Shown here piece after piece: positions 1 to 9,874 of a stretch of DNA of 64,000 nucleotides (position 1 is its first letter; the number at the start of each line of letters is the position of its first letter). The notes beneath the pieces are model-generated. The model was not told the DNA's origin. It ran no database searches and was given only the letters and a program-made list of their open reading frames with translations. Position numbers and translations under genes: made by a program. Source of the DNA: Candidatus Omnitrophota bacterium (lineage in GTDB: Bacteria; Omnitrophota; Gorgyraeia; B26-G9); NCBI GenBank assembly GCA_043826565.1, contig JBDRPX010000023.1, forward strand, positions 5,758-69,757, in the 5' to 3' direction.

Positions 1-1068
1 TGCATTAACAAGGCTATCAGTATTGCCAGGCTTTATAAGGAATCCGCTTTCATCAGAACAAATAACTTCCGCAATTCCTCCCACATTACTAGCTATCACT
101 GGAGTTCCACAAGAGATACTTTCTAAAACAACATTTGGCAATCCTTCATTTAGGCTTGGTAAACATAGAATATCCGCACCATTCATCAACATAGCTATTT
201 CTTCAGGGGTTTTAACTCCAAGGAATTTTACAGTTTTGTCTAAACGGTTTTTTTTAACAAAATTTTTATATGAATACTCTAATGGCCCTTGCCCTACCAG
301 AAAAAACTTTAGTTTAGGAAAATCAGCTTTTAACTTTTTTGCAGCTTCAAGCAAAAAATCAATACCCTTAATTCTCTTAAAATTACCAACGAAAAGGACA
401 ACCATATCTTCCCCCTCTATTCCTAGTTTCCTTCTTGCGCTATCTTGAGAAATAGGTTTAAAAATAGTTTTATCCACTCCGTTATACAATGTTGTTAATT
501 TAGAGCTATTCACTCCTAATTCAACAACTTTTTCCTTCATATCATCACTCATCACAATAATCTCATCTGCTCTTCTCAGTGCAAATCTAATAAACTTGCC
601 TCTTAAAAATTTTCTCGAGATTATATTCACATCACTACCAAGTAATTTTATGATATGTGGTTTTCTTAGAAATAAGGCCACCAAAGAACCCGCAAAAGCA
701 TCCGGATATCCATACATTGATACAATAGCCTCAATGGAATTTTCCTTATGCAACCGCTGGCACAAGAGAATAATGCTAAAAAAATAAAAGAACCCGTGCA
801 AAAACCTCCCTATTTTGGGAATAGCAAAATACAAAGGGTGATAAACGGGGATATTGCCAATCATTTCTTTTCTCTGAACCCTGCCAGCGTAAGAGAACTC
901 TGCTCTCTTGCCTAATACGGAAATTCCAGGAAACCATGGCAATGGCGCTATTACCTTTATACAACAAAATTTCCCAGCCTCTTCAATTTGATATTTATTA
1001 AAAAGTCCTCCTGTAGGTTCTAAGTGGTTAGGAAAAACATGTGTAATAATTATAACATTTCCTGCCAT
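1..1068 (-). CDS. GT4 glycosyltransferase, TuaC-like (3' end runs off the window)
   Basis: Not in the ORF track because it has no stop in the window. Translated by hand from ATG at 1068: MAGNVIIITHVFPNHLEPTGGLF...IAPLPWFP...LYNGVD...LFVGNFKRIKGID...LCLPSLNEGLPNVVLESISCGTPVIASNVGGIAE (GT4 ExxxxxxxE motif). Confidence 0.9.
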   Translation of the reverse strand, partial: MAGNVIIITHVFPNHLEPTGGLFNKYQIEEAGKFCCIKVIAPLPWFPGISVLGKRAEFSYAGRVQRKEMIGNIPVYHPLYFAIPKIGRFLHGFFYFFSIILLCQRLHKENSIEAIVSMYGYPDAFAGSLVALFLRKPHIIKLLGSDVNIISRKFLRGKFIRFALRRADEIIVMSDDMKEKVVELGVNSSKLTTLYNGVDKTIFKPISQDSARRKLGIEGEDMVVLFVGNFKRIKGIDFLLEAAKKLKADFPKLKFFLVGQGPLEYSYKNFVKKNRLDKTVKFLGVKTPEEIAMLMNGADILCLPSLNEGLPNVVLESISCGTPVIASNVGGIAEVICSDESGFLIKPGNTDSLVNA

Positions 1069-1070
1069 TA

Positions 1071-2195
1071 TTATTTACTCCCCACCTTTAAAATTTGACA
1101 ATAAGCCTTTGTATATTCCAACACCATTTTTTCAATGCCAAAATTTGTTTCTATCATAGCTCTGGCCTCTCTACCAAGCTTGCCAGTTAACTCCTTGCTA
1201 ACCAGCAACTTGCCCATAGCTTCAAATAATTTATTTTCATCTCCCGCAGGAACAAAAACTCCATTAGTATTATCTTCAATAAGTTCTACATTACCTCCTA
1301 CATTAGTCGTAACTATTGCGCAACGAGCAGCCATCGCTTCAAGCAAAGCAATAGAAAATCCCTCACTCATTGAAAATAAGACAAATAAATCTAGAATCGA
1401 CAGAAGTTCAGGGATATCTGCTCTGTTCCCTAAAAACCTGACTTTGTCTTCGATCTTTAATTCATCTCTAAGCACTTCCAACTCATTTTTTAAAAAACCA
1501 TCCCCAATTATTAAAAGTGTAACATTCGGAATTTTCGAAATTACAAACTTAAAAGCACGCAGCAAACCAGCATGATTTTTAACAGGAACAAGTCTTGCAA
1601 CTACACCTACTAGTTTTTCCTCAGGAGCAATATCCAGTTCTTCTTTTTTGCGAATAACATCCACTTTTTTATCAAACCTTTCGCAATCAATACCATTATA
1701 CACAACTCTAAGCTTTTCCTTTGATATTTTCACCACATCAATTAAAAAAGATTCGACATCTCTTGAATCGGCAATGACAAAAGAAAATAAAGATAACAAT
1801 CTTTCTGCCATGATCAGCGCCTTTTTCTTCAAAGGCAGCTTAGAATGTTCCGTATGCACAAGCTTCACAGCAGGAGCCATAATCTTTGCTACCCCCACAT
1901 AAAGCCAAGGAGAAACATTATGTGTGTGCACAAGTCTTATTTTCAACCGCCTTATTAGCCTACCTATCTTTATTGGCAAAGCCCAATCTATTCCCTCTTT
2001 TTTTTCAATAACATAAACCTTTATCCCATTCTCAATAAATTCTTGCTCAAGGTCACACTTTTTTTTAAAAGTGCAAACAAAAGGCTGAAATTTATCCTTA
2101 TCCAATTTTTTAATAAGATTAAGGACGACCATTTCCAATCCCCCCACATCAATTGAATAAGTAACAAATAAAATATTAATTTTTTTATCGTTCAT
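1071..2195 (-). CDS. GT4 glycosyltransferase
   Basis: GGLE N-terminal motif, VYNGID, VARLVPVKNH, SMSEGFSIALLEAMAA. Confidence 0.92.
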   Translation of the reverse strand: MNDKKINILFVTYSIDVGGLEMVVLNLIKKLDKDKFQPFVCTFKKKCDLEQEFIENGIKVYVIEKKEGIDWALPIKIGRLIRRLKIRLVHTHNVSPWLYVGVAKIMAPAVKLVHTEHSKLPLKKKALIMAERLLSLFSFVIADSRDVESFLIDVVKISKEKLRVVYNGIDCERFDKKVDVIRKKEELDIAPEEKLVGVVARLVPVKNHAGLLRAFKFVISKIPNVTLLIIGDGFLKNELEVLRDELKIEDKVRFLGNRADIPELLSILDLFVLFSMSEGFSIALLEAMAARCAIVTTNVGGNVELIEDNTNGVFVPAGDENKLFEAMGKLLVSKELTGKLGREARAMIETNFGIEKMVLEYTKAYCQILKVGSK

Positions 2196-2198
2196 CTT

Positions 2199-3497
2199 CT
2201 AAATTATCTCCTTGACCGCAATTAGCCAGATTAATACAATCACAAAAACAAAGGAAAAAATAATTTTAACCCAGTCTTTTTGGGAAAGAAGGGTGATGTT
2301 TTCATTTATTTGCTCTTTTGCAATTAAAAACACATTAGCACATAGAGCCAAAATTATGAACAGAAGATCATGCTCCATAATCACAAAAAAAGTTGCCATG
2401 AAAAAAGCAGCGGATGCAGTAAAAACAATCAAGGCTAACGTTGTTATCTCTTCATTTTTAACATCATTACGTAAAGCTCTATATGCAATCAAACATCCTT
2501 TCAGAGATAAATAAACAATACTAACATATAAAAAAACACCTAAATACCCCATTTCTGCCATGCTACTAACAAAATTATTATGTGCAATTAACCCCGTGAC
2601 TTCAACAAATTTCCCTTTTCCAATCCCAAAAAGTGGATTATCTTGAGCCATTGACAATCCTTGTTCCCAGAGCCAGGTTCGCTCATGAGCTGAAGACTCT
2701 GCACTGCTCAAGAGTGCCATTCTTCCTTTATTTAAACAGAGAATCCCTAAAAGTGTAGCACCACTTAAAAAAATACATGTTTTTTTATTGAACCTCAAAG
2801 CAAAAAAAAGTAACATTGAACCCATAAAAGCCAACAAAGCCCCCCTTGACCCTGTTGAGAAAATCCCCAAACAAAGCATACATGAAAATAAAAAACAAGA
2901 AATTTTCACCATTGGACTTCTATCTTTTCGAAACAAATTTATGATAAAAAAGGGAATAACAAATAAATAAACTAGAGCTAAAACATTTGGGCCGTCCCAT
3001 AGACCTATCCAAAATGTTCGCCCCTCATCAATTAAAAATCTCTCTTTTATAGCCTCCTCCGAACTAATCTCAACTGAATTGAGAGTTTGCTTCGCCCACC
3101 CAATTCTGTTTTGCTGCTGATATAATCCTTGAAAACAAAGAACAACAGCTAAAACGCCAGAAAGAATAAAAATATTTCTAATTCTTTTTGGAGTATTAGC
3201 AATTAACAGAAAAATCAAGAAAACTATGTAGCGTTTACCAAAAGCTAGCAACTGTTCTATTCCTAAATCCATATTTCCATTCACAAAATTACTCATAAAA
3301 ACCAACAATATCCAAAATATGATAAAATTGTGCTGGGGGATCTTAATATTTCTTTTCATTCGTGATTGATATATAAACGCACTTAATATTCCCCCCACAA
3401 CTATAATATCATTTAAAGGATATCCATAAAAGGGACTCCCCGGAAAATCCTGAGGCCTAAGGAATAAAGTTATTAAGAAAAAGTAAATCCACATCAT
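2199..3497 (-). CDS. O-antigen ligase/polymerase (Wzy_C) family membrane protein
   Basis: Polytopic hydrophobic protein with TGSRGALL, R..LW, NPLFGIG and AHNNFV...EMGYLG motifs; next to the flippase. Confidence 0.85.
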   Translation of the reverse strand: MMWIYFFLITLFLRPQDFPGSPFYGYPLNDIIVVGGILSAFIYQSRMKRNIKIPQHNFIIFWILLVFMSNFVNGNMDLGIEQLLAFGKRYIVFLIFLLIANTPKRIRNIFILSGVLAVVLCFQGLYQQQNRIGWAKQTLNSVEISSEEAIKERFLIDEGRTFWIGLWDGPNVLALVYLFVIPFFIINLFRKDRSPMVKISCFLFSCMLCLGIFSTGSRGALLAFMGSMLLFFALRFNKKTCIFLSGATLLGILCLNKGRMALLSSAESSAHERTWLWEQGLSMAQDNPLFGIGKGKFVEVTGLIAHNNFVSSMAEMGYLGVFLYVSIVYLSLKGCLIAYRALRNDVKNEEITTLALIVFTASAAFFMATFFVIMEHDLLFIILALCANVFLIAKEQINENITLLSQKDWVKIIFSFVFVIVLIWLIAVKEII

Positions 3498-4969
3498 TTT
3501 AAAATCCTCATCCTTATTTTTTTAATAACCTGAATAATCATATTTTTTTCCCTTTGCTCAAAGATACCAAAAAAGTAAAGCACAAACGGAAAACTGATCA
3601 GCAAAAGCAGTTTTAATTGTATTATGATCAATAATGTACAATAGCAGAATTTATCAACACTTGCCCCCAGAAAATAAAAAATGACTGCTATTGAACAAAT
3701 TTTAAAAATGCGCAGAAAATCGTAAGGCACAGGATAAATTTTGTTCGAAAAATAAAAGGTCAAAACACAACTTGAAATAGCAACTAACCAATTGGCTACA
3801 GCTGCTCCTTGTGCATCAAAAATAGGGATCATAATTCTATTTAAAACAACTGCTAATATTCCAGTACAAATAGAAATGTAGAAAAGATACTTTGTCTTTT
3901 TCTTTATTAAAATTCCTGTCTGAAGCACATAATTCATCCCCACAGTAATTACTGACAAAAGAATTATCGGAATAACAACACCCGCCCTAAAAAACTCCTC
4001 GGAAGAGATTATTTTTAGCACTTCCTTTGTAAAAATAGCTAACCACAGAGCGCAGTAAAATGTAATGACAATAAAGTAAGTCATAACCTTTGCATAAATT
4101 TCCTTAGCATTTTCCTGATACATGATTGCAAATCTTGATTGGCCAAAGTTCATCGAGAACGGCTCCACTATCATCTCTTTAATTATTAACCCAAAACGCA
4201 GTGATAATGCATATATCCCTACTGACGCCAAGGTCTTATAATTGCTCAATATTACTCTGTCCGCATTTGTAATTAAAATTGCCGAAAAAGTTGAAAATAC
4301 AAATGGAAGACAATACTTTAAAAGAACTCTAAGTTTGGTTAGACTAAAACGGATCCCGCTATACTTCAGTGTAATAGTTATGATCACCGACCATACAACA
4401 ATGGTGCTAATAAGATTCCCCGTCAAGATGCCCTGAACACCCCTCTTTAGATACAATACAAAGAAAAGATTGAATCCAACTTGAGTAACAAGTTGTGTAA
4501 CGGCCAGACTTATATATAATAGAGATTTTTCTTTTGCTCGAAGATATGCAAGTCCAATTTCCTTCATTAATTCAAACAAAACAATAAAAAGGATCAGCTT
4601 TAAACCATCAGTATAACCTCCTATCTTAAAAATCAGAAGTGATAACTGCGGCAGAAAACCCCAGAGGATAAATATTCCAACCAAGGAAAGAGATAGCGAA
4701 GCAATTAGCGCAGTACTAATTATTTCCTTCCTTTCAACTTCATTTTTATATTCAAAGTAAAAACGAAGAGTAGCATGCGCAACCATCAAGCCAAGAAACG
4801 TTCTTAACACATTAGAAAACACATAAAACATTTCTAAGGCTCCATATGCTTCCACTCCTAATGTTTTAGTATATAGCGGAATAAGCATTAACGAACCCAG
4901 CCTATGTATTATATTGCCTACACTATAAATCATGGAATGCTTAATAAAATTCTTAAAATAATCAATCAC
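3494..4969 (-). CDS. Wzx-type polysaccharide flippase
   Basis: About 490 aa, many hydrophobic segments, LIPLYTKTL..EAYG, ADRVIL...VGIYAL, GAAVA. Confidence 0.9.
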   Translation of the reverse strand: MIDYFKNFIKHSMIYSVGNIIHRLGSLMLIPLYTKTLGVEAYGALEMFYVFSNVLRTFLGLMVAHATLRFYFEYKNEVERKEIISTALIASLSLSLVGIFILWGFLPQLSLLIFKIGGYTDGLKLILFIVLFELMKEIGLAYLRAKEKSLLYISLAVTQLVTQVGFNLFFVLYLKRGVQGILTGNLISTIVVWSVIITITLKYSGIRFSLTKLRVLLKYCLPFVFSTFSAILITNADRVILSNYKTLASVGIYALSLRFGLIIKEMIVEPFSMNFGQSRFAIMYQENAKEIYAKVMTYFIVITFYCALWLAIFTKEVLKIISSEEFFRAGVVIPIILLSVITVGMNYVLQTGILIKKKTKYLFYISICTGILAVVLNRIMIPIFDAQGAAVANWLVAISSCVLTFYFSNKIYPVPYDFLRIFKICSIAVIFYFLGASVDKFCYCTLLIIIQLKLLLLISFPFVLYFFGIFEQREKNMIIQVIKKIRMRILK

Positions 4970-6425
4970 TAGGTTCCTCTCCTATCTTTAGTGACCCTGC
5001 AAAATAAAAATTATAAATTAATCTCACCCCATTATTAATATTTGTTTGGAACCACTGTTCCTCTTTTACAAGCTGTTGATTTAGACGTCGTGTTATATGA
5101 TTTATCCAAAACAGAATAAATAAAATTTTTATAAGGTTTTTATTTACCCCTATCGTTTTACAGTATCCCGATATTAACTTCTTTTCCCAATCCTCAATAT
5201 TACCATCAAGAAAATCATTTAGAAATAAATTACTAACATCTTCCCCTTTAAAAATTACCTTCCCATAAATAATTAAGTATATAAGATCCATCAATGGCAA
5301 TCCCTCCTTCACCGAAAGATCCCAATCAATAATCCCTTGAATCTTATGCGTCCGTTTATCTACAAGTATATTCTCAATTTTATAATCTCCATGAGACCAT
5401 ACAGATTGAACGGTTTTCCCTATCAGTTCCCTCTTAATTGCATCTGTCAAATCATTCAGCTTTTTTTTGCTATCACCGCTACAATACAAAATTAACCTTT
5501 GGGTGTCTCTAAAAAAAAGCCTTTTCATAATACTCTCATTTAAAACTATGCTATTACTTGTTTTCTTATGGAATCTAGTTAGTAATTCAGCAATAGCTTT
5601 AATAAGTTCATTAAGTTCTTTTCTTGGCAGATTATACGCTATCCCCGGAATCCTTGATTCCAAATAACAAGCCTTTCCGCAAATAATTTTACTATCAATC
5701 GGCTTTGGAACCAGTGAAGCTAGACTACTTCGCTGCAGTTGGTTCAAAATCCTATAATTTATCCTGCCTCTAACTTCGGTCAAATGATTTAAAGGAATTC
5801 TTACTACCCCCTTTTTACCTAAAATTACAGCCGAGAAAGGTTTCCCAATAATAATTTCATTAACCTCATCAAGAGACATTTTCGTTACAACATCATTTAA
5901 AAAATTTGATTGCTCCCTCTGGCCTTTGAATGCGATAACTGCATATGAATTATGAAAATTGGTCATAAATTTTCTACTTAAAAGCCAATTTTTAATACAG
6001 CTTTTCATATCAACCATCCCAGATAAGTCAAAAATATATTTCAGTCTTATCTCTTGCATAGATGCGAGTTCCGGAGTTAATACATAACTATCAAAAGCCT
6101 TAAAACCAATTCTTGTGCAAATTTTAAAAACATCTTTAATGAAAAATTTTCTACTCTTTTTTTTATCCTGTTTCCAAAACAATAAATTTCTATAACTGAA
6201 TTTATTATCAAAAGATATACATAACTTACCATCAGAAGTTAATAGAGAAAACGCCCTGCATGCAATTTTCTCAAGGCTATCTGTTTCAGGAAACTTAAAA
6301 AGATTAAGGATAACCACTTCATAATAAACATGTTGCACACTTACCATGTCTTCAAGACAATTACATGTAATAATATTTTTGTCTTTGCCATTATTTAAAA
6401 AAAGTCCCCAAAGGCTTTTATGCAT
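4962..6425 (-). CDS. APH/choline-kinase-like phosphotransferase with a methyltransferase-like N-terminal region
   Basis: C-terminal HGDYKIENILV and IIDWD kinase motifs. N-terminal 'RAFSLLTSDGKLCISFDN' resembles the end of a class I methyltransferase fold. Start moved to ATG 6425, which has a G-rich SD. Confidence 0.7.
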   Translation of the reverse strand: MHKSLWGLFLNNGKDKNIITCNCLEDMVSVQHVYYEVVILNLFKFPETDSLEKIACRAFSLLTSDGKLCISFDNKFSYRNLLFWKQDKKKSRKFFIKDVFKICTRIGFKAFDSYVLTPELASMQEIRLKYIFDLSGMVDMKSCIKNWLLSRKFMTNFHNSYAVIAFKGQREQSNFLNDVVTKMSLDEVNEIIIGKPFSAVILGKKGVVRIPLNHLTEVRGRINYRILNQLQRSSLASLVPKPIDSKIICGKACYLESRIPGIAYNLPRKELNELIKAIAELLTRFHKKTSNSIVLNESIMKRLFFRDTQRLILYCSGDSKKKLNDLTDAIKRELIGKTVQSVWSHGDYKIENILVDKRTHKIQGIIDWDLSVKEGLPLMDLIYLIIYGKVIFKGEDVSNLFLNDFLDGNIEDWEKKLISGYCKTIGVNKNLIKILFILFWINHITRRLNQQLVKEEQWFQTNINNGVRLIYNFYFAGSLKIGEEPSD

Positions 6426-8544
6426 TCCCCACCCCTTTAAGCTCATATCGATAATTCATTGCTTCTACCAATCTTTCCGAATCAAATAAGCATTCTCCTG
6501 CCTCCAAAGCCTTTACTATATTTACTAGTTCCCTGGCTGTAACATAATGCAGCTTAAATTTCTCCCCATCATTGCAATGCTCTTCTAATAGATTATATAA
6601 GTTATCTAACCCTCCTTCTAAAAGAAATCTCATGTTTTCTTCTTGACATCCATGCGCGTGTAATTTAATAAACCGAAAATTAGACTCCCCTTCAACATGT
6701 ATGTTTGTATCTATCCATAATTTGAGCCTATGCAGATCGACTGGATCTGTATATCCAATGTTACCGCTTTCAATTGTAGGGCAAAATGCCCCCTTTCTTT
6801 TTTTCCAATTAATTGCCAATGGCCCTTGGATCATCAACAATCTTTTCTTTTCCTTTGTATTAGTCTTAACATTTACCCCCCAGTTATGAGACTTCGGCAA
6901 ATCAGGAATATCTTTAGCGTAATAAATACTATTTACTTTTGCAGTCTGGGTATCACTTGGCACAGACGGAAGAGTGAAATCCGCATAGCAACCCGTATCA
7001 CGCAAAACTTCCAGCTCATTGTTTACCCCGCAGAATTTACCATCTTTTCTAGAGTTTGCAAGCGCCCAATCCCCATGAATAAACCCATATGCAATTTCTC
7101 CTGTTTGCTTGCATCTTGAAAGCATCTTATGATCCCTATTAAGTTTTTCTTTGAAATTTATAAGCTTTTCGGTAAGCATTTCTGGAGTATCATTATCATG
7201 ATGCAAATGAATTTCCACCTCCCCATACCCCTTATTGCAAATATTCCCTAATCCCTCCAATAATTCCGGTGTGTATTCTTCTTCAGGGAAAAAAAATGTA
7301 TATTTGGGGCTCTTTCCTAAAGAATCCTTATGTCTGGAAGCAATATCAGGATAATTTGCTACCCACTGATTAACTCTTTCAAGCCCCTCACTTTTGTTTA
7401 CTCCATTCCACAGAGGCTCAAAATGATCACAGATACAGACAAACAAGTATATAGGTTTTTTTCTGCAGTTTTTTGTAAATTTATTTAACAGTCTCTCAAA
7501 AGCATATCCGAGAAGCCAATATTGAGCGTATCTTATTGATTCGTTAAATTTAAACAGTAAGTTATATATACCCGCAACATGCAAAGCAAATAAAAACAAT
7601 GGCTCATGGTCAAAGCCTATTCTTCCAATTGCAAAATTGTCTACCTGAAAAGGATCATCTGCCGTAGTTACAGCAGATGAGAAACTAAGCTCTCTTACTA
7701 TTGTCTTAATATGATCGTTATAATTACCATTAGGATAGGCGAATGACTCAACTCTACATTTCAATTGCTCCTCAATAGTAGATTTAGATTTTAGAATTTC
7801 CCTTTTCACTTTATCTAGTGGAATTTTAGTTAAGATCGGATGTGTTTCAGTATGCGCCCCGAATTCTACTAATCCAGATTCATGCATTTCTTTAATCTCA
7901 TCCCAATTAAGCATCAGATCCTTGGATTGATTTTCACGATTAGCAGAAAGTAGTTGATCTATGATCTGCTTCAGGATTACTTCTTTCTTTTCCTCATTAA
8001 ATTTCTTCATTTCATTTGAAACGATCTTATAAAAATTAAGTTTTTCATTAAGTGTTGAAATTTTAAAACTCCGATCAAAGATTTCAGGGATCGCCACCTT
8101 AATGTTCTCTGTTTTAGTAAGAGCATGAATTAGTTTATCCGACCATAACATTTTACCTGATCCAATTGTTTCAGTAGTCAGATAAATTATTGCGGGAATT
8201 TTATATTTTTTTAAAATTGGGAATACATTAGAATGAATATTTTTATATCCGTCATCAAAAGTTAGAACAACCAAATTTGCAGACCTATCCTCAGGTCTTA
8301 TATTTAAACACTCTCCCAAAGAAACAAATTTATATTTTTTTAATAAAAACCTGATTTTTGCTTCAAATTCCTCCAGGGTAAGATGCCCCAGCCCCTGGAG
8401 AAATTCATAATAATCATCATCCTGGCTTATAATATTATGTGAAAACAATACCCTCGGAGGATTTTTAAAGATTTTACCAAAAATAAGCCTTACAAAATAA
8501 CCTAATCCGGAATAATAGATCAGTAAAAGCATTAAATTCTTCAA
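6418..8544 (-). CDS. Polysaccharide deacetylase (CE4) fused to a second, uncharacterised His-rich domain
   Basis: N-half: LTFDDGY, GAHTETHPIL, FAYPNG. C-half: CDHFEP, EIHLHHDND, FIHGDWAL, KLHAHG. Confidence 0.85.
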   Translation of the reverse strand: MKNLMLLLIYYSGLGYFVRLIFGKIFKNPPRVLFSHNIISQDDDYYEFLQGLGHLTLEEFEAKIRFLLKKYKFVSLGECLNIRPEDRSANLVVLTFDDGYKNIHSNVFPILKKYKIPAIIYLTTETIGSGKMLWSDKLIHALTKTENIKVAIPEIFDRSFKISTLNEKLNFYKIVSNEMKKFNEEKKEVILKQIIDQLLSANRENQSKDLMLNWDEIKEMHESGLVEFGAHTETHPILTKIPLDKVKREILKSKSTIEEQLKCRVESFAYPNGNYNDHIKTIVRELSFSSAVTTADDPFQVDNFAIGRIGFDHEPLFLFALHVAGIYNLLFKFNESIRYAQYWLLGYAFERLLNKFTKNCRKKPIYLFVCICDHFEPLWNGVNKSEGLERVNQWVANYPDIASRHKDSLGKSPKYTFFFPEEEYTPELLEGLGNICNKGYGEVEIHLHHDNDTPEMLTEKLINFKEKLNRDHKMLSRCKQTGEIAYGFIHGDWALANSRKDGKFCGVNNELEVLRDTGCYADFTLPSVPSDTQTAKVNSIYYAKDIPDLPKSHNWGVNVKTNTKEKKRLLMIQGPLAINWKKRKGAFCPTIESGNIGYTDPVDLHRLKLWIDTNIHVEGESNFRFIKLHAHGCQEENMRFLLEGGLDNLYNLLEEHCNDGEKFKLHYVTARELVNIVKALEAGECLFDSERLVEAMNYRYELKGVGNA

Positions 8545-8572
8545 AACGTTCCCTCCAATTGATGATTAATTT

Positions 8573-9874
8573 TCATTCCTTAAAATCGAATTTTTTAATA
8601 ACCATTTTATTTTCATCCAGCGTGCCGATCCCCTGATTGCAGCATAATTCTAAATATTTTCTAAATGGCCCATCCATATTATCCGGATTATTAAGTTCTC
8701 GAACCAAGCCGCCCAAAGGATAAAGGATATTTTTAGCTCCGTAATAATCAAGCGCGACCGGGTCAGTGCTTACAATAACAGATCTTGTCCTGGCGGCAAG
8801 TTTTGGGTCTGTCCGGGAGGCAAATCCTACCCATTCTGCTGTTACAATATTCAGATCCGCTCTCCGTATTGTATTCATAAAAGTCCCCACTGCTCCGCCT
8901 AGTCCCGGAACACCAATACTATGAAAACTGCAATATCCTTCCGGTACCACATTCCCGCAGGTCATGTCGATAACACCTAGATAATTTTTTACCGAACTGG
9001 TAACTCCGGCAAAATCACTGTGATGGTTTAATCCGGCAAAATTAATAAACTTAACCGGCTGACTAGTATATTTCCCGTTTTTCCAGGCTCCGTTTTTAAA
9101 GTCTATCGTTATTCCGCTAAATCCCGAAGTAAAAACAGGGTAAGACATTTTTGTCTTTTTCCCTTTATATCTGTATTCAATATTCGTCCAAACATATCCA
9201 TCACCCTGTCGAGGATGAACTACTAACTTTCTTTCCCGATATCCTCTAAGCTTCTTAACTGCCTCCTTTATGGGTCGTAAAATTCTGGCTTTTAAAGTAT
9301 CATCTTTTCCAAAAGAACCACCACCTATCCAATGATATTTTGTTACATTAGCATGGCCTTTTTGTCGAAAGTATTTAATAAGTTCATTATAGTTAAACTC
9401 TCCGTTCCTCATCCGGGTATTCCATCCACGGATATTACAATTATTTTTTGGACCGAAACATTGATGATTTTCGGCAATAATTACTTCTCCGGTAAACCCC
9501 GGGATCGCCAGAACCAGCTCAATAAACGCCTTCATAGAATTAGTATTGGTCATCCCCTGGTTCCACCACTGGGCATTCGGTTTTAAAATAACAATATCAT
9601 TCTTCCCGATAATCTTCTCTATCCCGCCGATCATTTCTATAGCTTTAAAAGTATTCTGTTCCGGAGATCCGTTTTTCGCATGATAAATAATCGATTCACC
9701 GCCTTTAGACTTTTCGGAATTCGCCGTCATGTCTACTCCCGCAGATTTACTAAAAGTCTCATCTTGAGCCCGGCTTTTAGATATTTTTAATAGCCAAGCA
9801 ATACCTAAACAGCCGATAAAAGCCATTCCCAGCTTTTTAATCAATTCTCTTCTGGTCATCCGTTTAAACATCAT
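8573..9874 (-). CDS. Tat-exported DUF362-like protein
   Basis: TRRELIK twin-arginine motif plus hydrophobic stretch; VILKPN, NHHS..GVTSSVKNYLG and STDPVALD motifs. Confidence 0.75.
   Translation of the reverse strand: MMFKRMTRRELIKKLGMAFIGCLGIAWLLKISKSRAQDETFSKSAGVDMTANSEKSKGGESIIYHAKNGSPEQNTFKAIEMIGGIEKIIGKNDIVILKPNAQWWNQGMTNTNSMKAFIELVLAIPGFTGEVIIAENHQCFGPKNNCNIRGWNTRMRNGEFNYNELIKYFRQKGHANVTKYHWIGGGSFGKDDTLKARILRPIKEAVKKLRGYRERKLVVHPRQGDGYVWTNIEYRYKGKKTKMSYPVFTSGFSGITIDFKNGAWKNGKYTSQPVKFINFAGLNHHSDFAGVTSSVKNYLGVIDMTCGNVVPEGYCSFHSIGVPGLGGAVGTFMNTIRRADLNIVTAEWVGFASRTDPKLAARTRSVIVSTDPVALDYYGAKNILYPLGGLVRELNNPDNMDGPFRKYLELCCNQGIGTLDENKMVIKKFDFKE

Noticed and set aside
776-967. Possible frameshift or pseudogene in the first glycosyltransferase
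   Set aside because: Hand translation from ATG 1068 stays in frame through this region; the 63-aa ORF is an alternative frame.
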